DNA of 20,000 nucleotides from an uncultured virus (IMG/VR IMGVR_UViG_3300026549_002477). Lineage: Duplodnaviria > Heunggongvirae > Uroviricota > Caudoviricetes. The stretch lies in IMG/VR virus record IMGVR_UViG_3300026549_002477. One strand, 5' to 3'. Numbering within the stretch: the first letter of the stretch is position 1; each line of letters begins with the position of its first letter. This document shows positions 8,153-15,021 of this stretch, one piece after another. Both the position numbers and the translations under genes were made by a program. Under the pieces are notes generated by a model that saw only the letters and a program-made list of their open reading frames with translations, ran no database searches and was not told where the DNA came from.

Positions 8153-10459
8153 ATGAGCCAGAATAATGTAGGAGATAACAGAAAATTTATTTCTATAGCT
8201 GGAATGGACGATGAGTGCAACGGTGTCATAACTAGAGCTGTCAACTATAGCAATGCAGAAAATTGTGAATCAGTTGGTTCTGTGCATATATTTCTTGGAA
8301 TCCTCAACACTGATATTGGAGAGAGCTTTCTTAAGAATAATAACATTGATTTCGAATCAATCTATGAGGAATATCAGGATAGGGCAAAACATGCAGAGTA
8401 TGGAATCAGATTAACTGAGTATACTAGATTTGATCCTAATCAGTTTTCTGCTGAAGTAAAAGAGATGCTCAAACAGATCATTGCAGATAGATCATCAAAC
8501 GGTCAGTTTGTGGAGTTACCAGATCTTATTGATGGGATTATAGGGTTAAATAGCTATGCACTAAATAAGTTTACTGAAAAACTTGGATTAAACATTTATG
8601 ATCTTCAGGACGCTGCTAATAATAATGTTGATATTCCTAGTGAACTTAGTGACACACTATTAGACCTTAATAAAGAAGTTGTAGAAAATCCTAGAAAGAT
8701 TAGTGGCGTTGATGATTATGTAAATGACATGATTGAAATCATGTGCCGTAAGTTAAAGGCTAATCCATGCATTATTGGTGAAGCTGGTGTTGGCAAGACA
8801 TCAATAGTTTATAGGCTTGCACAGCGTATTAATGATGGAACAGTACCAAAGCAACTTGCTAATAAGCATATCATTCTTGTAAATAGTACTATGATTGTTG
8901 CTGGTGCTATTTACAGAGGTATGTTTGAACAGAGAATGAGTTACATTATTGACTGGGCTAAGCAGCATGATGTCATTCTGTTTTTGGATGAAATTCATGA
9001 ATTTTTGACTTTGAACAGTAATGGAAATGATGCAACTAATGGCGGTAGTATGATAAAGTCAGGTTTAGCTGACGGATCATTAAAGATTATCGGAACTACT
9101 ACAAATAAGGAGTTTCACAAGTATATCGAAGATGATACAGCTATGACCCGTAGAATCCAGGAAATTGAAATTAAAGAGCCATCACCTGAAGCAGCTATTA
9201 AGATGATTCAGAATACAATCACTGATTATTCTGACTTTCATCATGTTAAAATTTCTGACAAGCTTATTAAAGAAGCTGTAACACTTAGCGATAGATACAT
9301 TAAGAATAAGAAATTACCTGATAAAGCTTATACAATCATTGATCAGGCTATGGCTAAAGCTGAGATTTCCGAGAGAAGTAGCGTAACTGAAAATGATGTA
9401 CTCGAAACAATTTCAAAGTTATCTGTGGTAGACATTACTAAGAACAGTACAGACGAAAAGAAAACACTTATTAATCTTGAGTCAACACTTGAAAAAGAGT
9501 TGATTGGTCAGAATGAAGCAGTTGAAAGGGTTTGTGAAGCTGTTAAACGTGGCAAGGTAGGAATTAAAGACCCTAATAAGCCGATTGCAAGTTTTCTGTT
9601 TGTTGGGCCTACTGGAGTAGGAAAGACTGAGCTTTGCAAATTGCTTGTTAAAGACCTTGGTTATCCTAAGGAAGCTTTTATTAAGATTGATATGTCAGAA
9701 TATAAAGAAAAATACAGTGTTTCAACTCTTCTTGGATCATCTCGTGGATATGTAGGATCAGATAAAGGTGGTGTTTTAACTGAGAAGATTAAACATAATC
9801 CTTACAGTGTTGTGTTGTTCGATGAGATTGAGAAGGCTGATAGCAATATATTTGATGTATTTCTTCAGTTGCTTGATGAAGGTCACATAACTGATAGAGA
9901 TGGTTACAGTGTTGATGCTACAAACTGTATTATTGTTATGACAAGCAATGCAGGATATGGTAAGCAGAACATGAACAAGGGAACTATTGGATTTGCAACT
10001 GCTACTAAGAGTACAAAGACAGCAGAAGAAAAAGAAAAGATTGCATTTGAAGCTCTTGAATCAACATTCAGACCAGAGTTTCTTAATAGAGTTGACAGCA
10101 TAGTGGTGTTTAATGATCTTACTAAAGAGGATTGTAAGAAGATTGCTAGGATTTCTCTCAATAAGCTTGGGGCAAGGCTTAAAGAGCAGGGATACACTGT
10201 CAATTTTGATGATTCTGTTGTTGAATACATCGCAGATGAAGGATATAGTGAGAAGTATGGTGCAAGAGACATCAATCGTAAGGTAAATATCATTGTAGGT
10301 AATGCTTTTACTGATAGGATTATTAATGATACTCTTAGTAAGACAGAGAGAATTAATGTTAAGTATACTGATGGAAAAATTCAATTCGACACAGAAGAAG
10401 TCATTAACTTGAATAAGCTTCAGACAAGTAACATTTCTTTTAATAACTTTATGGTTTAA
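8153..10459 (+). CDS. clpC: ClpC/ClpA-like Hsp100 AAA+ ATPase with ClpP-docking IGF loop
   Basis: NBD1 GEAGVGKT / LFLDEIH, LPDKA. NBD2 GPTGVGKTE, IDMSEY, VVLFDEIEKA, FRPEFLNRVD, YGARDI. TIGFA loop. ATG 8153 fits the GGAGG spacing better than 8147. Confidence 0.88.
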   Translation: MSQNNVGDNRKFISIAGMDDECNGVITRAVNYSNAENCESVGSVHIFLGILNTDIGESFLKNNNIDFESIYEEYQDRAKHAEYGIRLTEYTRFDPNQFSAEVKEMLKQIIADRSSNGQFVELPDLIDGIIGLNSYALNKFTEKLGLNIYDLQDAANNNVDIPSELSDTLLDLNKEVVENPRKISGVDDYVNDMIEIMCRKLKANPCIIGEAGVGKTSIVYRLAQRINDGTVPKQLANKHIILVNSTMIVAGAIYRGMFEQRMSYIIDWAKQHDVILFLDEIHEFLTLNSNGNDATNGGSMIKSGLADGSLKIIGTTTNKEFHKYIEDDTAMTRRIQEIEIKEPSPEAAIKMIQNTITDYSDFHHVKISDKLIKEAVTLSDRYIKNKKLPDKAYTIIDQAMAKAEISERSSVTENDVLETISKLSVVDITKNSTDEKKTLINLESTLEKELIGQNEAVERVCEAVKRGKVGIKDPNKPIASFLFVGPTGVGKTELCKLLVKDLGYPKEAFIKIDMSEYKEKYSVSTLLGSSRGYVGSDKGGVLTEKIKHNPYSVVLFDEIEKADSNIFDVFLQLLDEGHITDRDGYSVDATNCIIVMTSNAGYGKQNMNKGTIGFATATKSTKTAEEKEKIAFEALESTFRPEFLNRVDSIVVFNDLTKEDCKKIARISLNKLGARLKEQGYTVNFDDSVVEYIADEGYSEKYGARDINRKVNIIVGNAFTDRIINDTLSKTERINVKYTDGKIQFDTEEVINLNKLQTSNISFNNFMV

Positions 10460-10753
10460 AAGAAATACAGTTATTAAAAATCTACTCTAAGTTAAAAATT
10501 TAAGCTAAGATAGGTAATTGTAAAAATGAAAAATCATAAATTACACTATAAATTAAAATGTTAAAGACTGTGGTAAAAAATTGGTATGCATAAATTTTCA
10601 GAAAATTTAACCAAGATAAGGATTTTTTGGAAAAGTATTTTTGATGAACATTGATAGTGAGTAAACATAGAATTAAATGTTAGTTAATCATTAGAACTAA
10701 CAAATTGAGTCAAAGAAGATAAACTTATTTAAAAATTCAAAGGTAGGTAAAAA

Positions 10754-12004
10754 ATGAATAACTCAGACATTAAAAGATATGCTAAACAAACCATGAGCAC
10801 AAACATGGGGCAATCAAGATTAATCATGTTTTTGTATGTATTAATCTCAGGACTGGTAGGATCACTGTCATCAATATTTTCTAACTTTGGAGATATTGGG
10901 GCTATCATTGGGGCCATTGCTAGTGCAATAGCTACTTTATTTGTAACATTGCCAATGACATTCGGTTTGTATAGATTTTTTATATATAACCAGCCAGGTC
11001 TGTCCGCAACGGAAACACTTTTTAGTACACCAGATAAGTTGAAGCAATCTGGAAAATTTATGCTATTGACTCTTCAAATCTGGCTTTGGTCATTGCTATT
11101 GGTAATACCAGGAATTATTAAAGTTTTTCAATATGCAATGGTTCCGTTTATCATAGCTGATAATCCATATACAGATTTAAAATCTGCTAAACAGATGAGT
11201 AGGGAAATGATGCAAGGGCATAAAATGCAATACTTTTTGCTAAATCTTAGCTTAATTGGTTGGTGGATGCTAGCTAGTATAACTTTTACAATAGCAGGTT
11301 TTTTGTATGTTTATCCATATGTAACTCAAGTAAATACCACTTTTTATAATGGGCTAAAGAATGGATCTAGTCAAGCAGATATTAATAATCCTAGAACATA
11401 TGTAAATGCACAGTCACAAGGAATGAATTATCAACAGACATATGTAAATAATGGGATGACACAGGGTCAAGGTTATAGCCAGCAAGGTCAGAATTATAGT
11501 CAGCAAGGATATGGTCAACAAAACCAAGGATATGGACAGCAGGGTCAAAGTTATAATAATCAGACTTATGGTTATAATCAGCAAGGTCAGAATTATAATA
11601 ATCAGAATACTGGATACAATAGACAGCAGTCAAATTATAGCCAGTCGGTTCAAAGGTCAGCAGTTCAGCAAAGTTATAGTGCACAGAGTTATGGTCAGCA
11701 GGCACAAAGAAGATCGCAACAAAGTCAGAGACCAATGAATCAAAATCAGAGACCAATGAATCAAAATCAGAGACCAATAAATCAGAATTATAATCAGCAG
11801 GGTCAAAGTCAGAGACCAATAAATCAGAATTATAATCAGCAGGGTCAAAGTCAGAGACCAATAAATGCACAGCAACAGGGTCAATATAACAGATCAACTA
11901 ATCAAAAGAGACCAATGAACCCACAAAGACCACAGAATCAGCAAAATAACAATAATAGTAGCTTCGATGATTTTGGAAATGGTGATGGATCTATTGATAT
12001 TTAA
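10754..12004 (+). CDS. DUF975-like membrane protein with a ~200-aa Q/N/Y/G/S-rich C-terminal tail
   Basis: LWSLLLVIPGIIKVFQYAMVPFIIADNP...SREMMQGHK..YFLLNLSLIGW is the DUF975-type signature. Low-complexity tail follows. Confidence 0.85.
   Translation: MNNSDIKRYAKQTMSTNMGQSRLIMFLYVLISGLVGSLSSIFSNFGDIGAIIGAIASAIATLFVTLPMTFGLYRFFIYNQPGLSATETLFSTPDKLKQSGKFMLLTLQIWLWSLLLVIPGIIKVFQYAMVPFIIADNPYTDLKSAKQMSREMMQGHKMQYFLLNLSLIGWWMLASITFTIAGFLYVYPYVTQVNTTFYNGLKNGSSQADINNPRTYVNAQSQGMNYQQTYVNNGMTQGQGYSQQGQNYSQQGYGQQNQGYGQQGQSYNNQTYGYNQQGQNYNNQNTGYNRQQSNYSQSVQRSAVQQSYSAQSYGQQAQRRSQQSQRPMNQNQRPMNQNQRPINQNYNQQGQSQRPINQNYNQQGQSQRPINAQQQGQYNRSTNQKRPMNPQRPQNQQNNNNSSFDDFGNGDGSIDI
11726..11866 (+). repeat. In-frame tandem repeats (QRPMNQN x2; QRPINQNYNQQGQS x2)
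   Basis: 2 x 21 bp from 11726, then 2 x 42 bp from 11768 plus a partial copy. Confidence 0.9.
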
Positions 12005-12025
12005 TAATACATGAGGTGAATAAAG

Positions 12026-12460
12026 ATGAACATTAAGATTAAAAAGTTAAGAGAAAATGCAATTATTCCGACAAGAGGTTCTGATCATGCAGCTGGATAT
12101 GATTTATATGCTGCTATTGATTCACATATAACTATCAGACCTGGAGAAACAGTTAAGATTGGGACAGGCTTGAGTATTGAGCTTCCAGATGAGTATGCAG
12201 CATTCATTATGGCACGAAGCGGCTTAGCAACTAAGCAGGGGCTTAGGCCAGCTAACTGTGTTGGTTTGGTTGATCCAGACTATCGTGGTGAGTATATTGT
12301 AGCAGTACATAATGATTCTAACATTGCAAGAACGATTGAACCAAATGAAAGAATTGCACAGCTCATGATAGTTCCGTTTATGAGCTGTGAATTTTCTGAA
12401 GTAGCAGAGCTTTCAGATACAGATCGTGGTGCAGGTGGATTTGGTTCTACAGGAAAGTAA
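12026..12460 (+). CDS. dut: Trimeric dUTPase
   Basis: AAGYDL, ARSGLA, GLVDPDYRGE, ERIAQL, RGAGGFGSTG. Confidence 0.97.
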   Translation: MNIKIKKLRENAIIPTRGSDHAAGYDLYAAIDSHITIRPGETVKIGTGLSIELPDEYAAFIMARSGLATKQGLRPANCVGLVDPDYRGEYIVAVHNDSNIARTIEPNERIAQLMIVPFMSCEFSEVAELSDTDRGAGGFGSTGK

Positions 12461-12533
12461 TATAATCAGTAAGTTGCCAGATAATTCAGAGTTTAAGGGG
12501 AAGAAAAAAATTAAAAAAAAGTTGAAAAAGGGC

Positions 12534-12561
12534 TTGCAATTTGAGTGATGAGTGATATAAT
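12534..12561 (+). promoter_or_regulatory. Strong SigA-type promoter for the tRNA array
   Basis: TTGCAA (12534-12539), 16-bp spacer, extended -10 TGaTATAAT. A-tract UP-like element upstream. Confidence 0.75.
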
Positions 12562-12702
12562 AAGTCTTGTAAGTGAGAGATACAAAGAAACTGATTAAAG
12601 AGATTGGTGGCAGGGTTTGAGTCCATAGAGGCTCATGAGATTAAAATGTCATTGCCAATAAGTGGAAAGTGTGACATATGGAAGTTTCCTACCAATCTTT
12701 TT

Positions 12703-12776
12703 CGAGAATTAGCTCAGTGGTATAGAGCAGCGGCCTTATAAGCCGTGTGTCCCGAGTTCGAGTCTCGGATTCTCGA
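12703..12776 (+). tRNA. tRNA-Ile(TAT)
   Basis: Acceptor cgagaat/attctcg. Anticodon arm gcggc-ctTATaa-gccgt. T arm ccgag-ttcgagt-ctcgg. Confidence 0.9.
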
Positions 12777-12805
12777 CTTGATGCAGTAGCATCAGCTTTT
12801 AGAAA

Positions 12806-12879
12806 CGGGAGTTGGCGCAATTGGTCAGCGCAAGGTTCTTATAAAGCAGAGGTTGCGGGTTCAAGTCCCGCACTCCCGA
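12806..12879 (+). tRNA. tRNA-Ile(TAT) with a poorly paired anticodon stem (possibly pseudo)
   Basis: Acceptor cgggagt/actcccg, good D and T arms. Anticodon arm aggtt-ctTATaa-agcag has only 3 of 5 pairs. Confidence 0.7.
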
Positions 12880-13056
12880 TTTATTAAGCATAGGAGGAAA
12901 AAGGATGCATCGTTAAATTTAGGGTTCACCAGATAAAATCCTTCCACAAAAATCTGGTCTGTTTGGACATGCGGACTAAAGATGGTCGCGACATCAGAGG
13001 TTTAATTGATAAGATTGATCAACTTATCTAAAACTTGTTCAAGCAGTAAAAAATTT

Positions 13057-13129
13057 GTCTTCGTAGCTCAGATGGTAGAGCACTCGACTTTTAATCGAGG
13101 TGTCGCGAGTTCGATTCTCGTCGGAGACA
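13057..13129 (+). tRNA. tRNA-Lys(TTT)
   Basis: ctcga-ctTTTaa-tcgag, canonical cloverleaf. Confidence 0.93.
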
Positions 13130-13137
13130 TTTAATAT

Positions 13138-13211
13138 GGACTTTTAGCTCAGTTGGTTAGAGCAGACGGCTCATAACCGTCCGGTCTAGGGTTCGAGTCC
13201 CTAAGAGTCCA
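13138..13211 (+). tRNA. tRNA with CAT anticodon, most likely Ile2 (lysidine type)
   Basis: gacgg-ctCATaa-ccgtc. The body (ggacttttagctcagttggttagagcagacgg...) closely resembles Firmicutes tRNA-Ile2 as I recall it, not initiator Met. Confidence 0.85.
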
Positions 13212-13500
13212 CTGAGGCTCTGATTCATGATAAGGAGCCGTAAGACAAAACCTGTCAACTAGCCTAGCGTATTGATACAGTGACTGTGCAATGTTAGCTG
13301 GGTTCCAAAATTATAAGAGTACAGGGTAAGGATTAAATAGTTGTGAACCGTAAGCAGACGTCGGAAAACGAAGCTGAGATATGTTGTCCTGACTAAAACC
13401 AAAATAGGTGAACAAGTCCTTGATTGGGGTACATATGTAAATGCGGATAGGCAAATCACTTACAAGTGCTTTATAGTTGTCAAAGGTCTATAAAGACATT
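13212..13500 (+). ncRNA. Candidate ~290-nt structured ncRNA, family unassigned
   Basis: No credible ORF. Multiple helices: ggctc/gagcc, cctgt/acagg, aaggatt/agtcctt, atatgt/acatat, ctttatag/ctataaag. Confidence 0.5.
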
Positions 13501-13504
13501 ATAT

Positions 13505-13588
13505 GCCGCCATGGCGGAATTGGTATACGCGCAGGACTTAAAATCCTGTTCTGGTAACAGAGTGTGGGTTCGATCCCCACTGGCGGCA
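13505..13588 (+). tRNA. tRNA-Leu(TAA)
   Basis: cagga-ctTAAaa-tcctg, long variable arm. Confidence 0.93.
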
Positions 13589-13610
13589 TTTATGAAAGCA
13601 TAGCTTATAC

Positions 13611-13694
13611 GCCGTTATGCTGGAATTGGTAGACAGGGCAGACTCAAAATCTGCTGATGGAAACATCGTGTGGGTTCAAGTCCCACTAACGGCA
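13611..13694 (+). tRNA. tRNA-Leu(CAA)
   Basis: gcaga-ctCAAaa-tctgc, long variable arm. Confidence 0.93.
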
Positions 13695-13703
13695 CTTTAA
13701 TAT

Positions 13704-13775
13704 AGGGCTATCGCCAAGCGGTAAGGCACAGCACTTTGACTGCTGTATTCGCCAGTTCGAATCTGGCTAGCCCTG
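13704..13775 (+). tRNA. tRNA-Gln(TTG)
   Basis: cagca-ctTTGac-tgctg. Acceptor agggcta/tagccct. Confidence 0.93.
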
Positions 13776-13800
13776 TTTGTAGATGTAAACAATTATATAT

Positions 13801-13914
13801 GGGGCGGTAGCATTGTCCGGGTGAAGAATGAGGTGGTGCCTTTCGTGACCGGAACAGTAGGCGATACATGCAACACCACATGTATATATGCAGGTGCAAA
13901 TCCTGCTCGCTCCA
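13801..13914 (+). ncRNA. tRNA-like RNA A (acceptor stem with G3:U70, T arm, long arm replacing the D arm)
   Basis: ggggcgg/tcgctcc + A. T arm gcagg-tgcaaat-cctgc. Internal ccgg/ccgg arm and atacatg/catgtat hairpin. Confidence 0.7.
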
Positions 13915-13919
13915 CTATT

Positions 13920-13980
13920 GCTGGAATGACGCAACTGATTTGTAATCAGTAGGTTGAGGGTTCGAATCCCTCTTTCAGCT
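13920..13980 (+). pseudogene. D-armless tRNA-Thr(TGT) copy
   Basis: Near copy of 14517-14589 lacking the 12 nt aattggcagcgc. Confidence 0.8.
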
Positions 13981-14039
13981 CTCTGGATAAGGGTGAAAAA
14001 CGGTATAACCATCTTTTGGTTATCCGCCATATCCATAAT

Positions 14040-14109
14040 ACGCTCGTGTCGATGGTCGGCACATGGTCTCCAAAACCATGCTTTTCAGGTTCGATTCCTA
14101 ACGGACGTG
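14040..14109 (+). tRNA. Atypical tRNA-Trp(CCA)-like, copy 1
   Basis: catggt-ctCCAaa-accatg and GGTTCGATTCC. Compressed acceptor/D junction and a T-stem mismatch. Confidence 0.6.
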
Positions 14110-14160
14110 CTTAATTTGGTTTGTTCGTCAACTCACTAAGTGCAAACCAAAAACACATTT

Positions 14161-14258
14161 GCATTCGTAGCTCAATGGCCGATAGCCTGTGGGAAAGCGC
14201 ATCACGTAGAAGCTGAGTAGCAGCTGATGAAATGCAGGTTCGAATCCTGTCGGATGCA
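14161..14258 (+). ncRNA. tRNA-like RNA B (enlarged D loop and anticodon loop)
   Basis: gcattcg/cggatgc + A, TAGCTCAATGG start, T arm gcagg-ttcgaat-cctgt. catca/tgatg closes a 20-nt loop. Confidence 0.7.
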
Positions 14259-14355
14259 TGCGGGTTGCACGCGGGTGTCTGTTTACAGGCGCTCAACGGC
14301 AATACTGTATTATGCAGGGCGCTTTGGCGGATGTACCCCGGCGCCCTGCTCTTTT

Positions 14356-14441
14356 GGAGAGGTATCGAAGCGGTCATAACGAGGCGGTTTTGAAAACCGT
14401 TTGTCCTTCGGGGCACATGGGTTCGAATCCCATCCTCTCCG
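14356..14441 (+). tRNA. tRNA-Ser(TGA)
   Basis: gcggt-ttTGAaa-accgt, long variable arm, G73. Confidence 0.93.
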
Positions 14442-14516
14442 TGTGCGGCACACTCACTCCCCCTTCCCGTAATTATTGTACAGCGTGTGTGCAGAGAAAG
14501 AGCGGACACGCACTTC

Positions 14517-14589
14517 GCTGGAATGGCGCAATTGGCAGCGCAACTGATTTGTAATCAGTAGGTTGTGGGTTCAAGTCCCACTTTCAGCT
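14517..14589 (+). tRNA. tRNA-Thr(TGT)
   Basis: actga-ttTGTaa-tcagt, canonical cloverleaf. Confidence 0.93.
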
Positions 14590-14593
14590 TTAT

Positions 14594-14678
14594 GGACGGG
14601 TATCAAAGTGGTCAAATGAGGCAGACTGTAAATCTGTCGCCCTCCGGGCTTCGCTTGGTTCGAATCCAGCTCCGTCTA
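14594..14678 (+). tRNA. tRNA-Tyr(GTA)
   Basis: gcaga-ctGTAaa-tctgt, long variable arm. One bulged base in the T stem. Confidence 0.85.
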
Positions 14679-14682
14679 TTAT

Positions 14683-14752
14683 GCGTTCGTGTTGATGGTC
14701 AGCACATGGCCTCCAAAATCATGTTTCTCAGGTTTGATTCCTAACGGACGTG
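14683..14752 (+). tRNA. Atypical tRNA-Trp(CCA)-like, copy 2 (more degenerate)
   Basis: Paralogue of 14040-14109 with ctCCAaa loop. T loop is tttgatt. Confidence 0.5.
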
Positions 14753-14760
14753 TTGTATTT

Positions 14761-14832
14761 GGCTCGTTGGTCAAGCGGCTAAGACGTCACCCCTTCACGG
14801 TGGAATCACCGGTTCGACTCCGGTACGAGCTA
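14761..14832 (+). tRNA. tRNA-Glu(TTC) with C at position 33
   Basis: tcacc-ccTTCac-ggtgg. Acceptor ggctcgt/acgagct. Confidence 0.85.
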
Positions 14833-14835
14833 TTC

Positions 14836-14904
14836 GCGGGTATGGTGTAAGTCAGCACAGTCTGGTGTGCAACCGACAAGTAAGGTGTAAGTCCTTTGCC
14901 CGCA
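14836..14904 (+). pseudogene. Degenerate tRNA, anticodon undetermined (loop tgtgcaa)
   Basis: Acceptor gcgggta/tgcccgc, short D arm gtg/cac, bulged anticodon stem, T loop tgtaagt. Confidence 0.55.
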
Positions 14905-15016
14905 GGGAGATTCCGAAGCCAGCTCCGTGTACTAGGTGGCACCTAGTCATCGTCTGGCAGATTATGGGGTACAGCAAAGCCGGCTGTGTCGCGTGGTGCA
15001 AATCCACGGTCTCCCG
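14905..15016 (+). ncRNA. tRNA-like RNA C (same architecture as A)
   Basis: gggagat/gtctccc + G. Long arm gccag..actaggt/acctagt..ctggc. Hairpin tacagc-aaagccg-gctgtg. T arm cgtgg-tgcaaat-ccacg. Confidence 0.7.
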
Positions 15017-15021
15017 CTTCT

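Noticed and set aside
10460..10753. AT-rich intergenic region as origin or ncRNA
   Set aside because: No clear iterons, DnaA boxes or strong hairpins seen.
1..12460. Alternative genetic code
   Set aside because: Genes are full length in code 11, end with TAA, TAG and TGA, and no suppressor tRNA was found.
13245..13500. HEARO/omegaRNA or group I intron identity
   Set aside because: Only short motif resemblance. There is no adjacent IscB-like ORF, no recognisable group I core, and the flanking tRNAs are uninterrupted.
13801..13914. Bona fide tmRNA
   Set aside because: Far too short, with no tag reading frame or pseudoknot domain.
14220..14258. Hammerhead ribozyme (CTGATGA)
   Set aside because: No correctly placed GAAA core, and the segment is explained by the tRNA-like fold.
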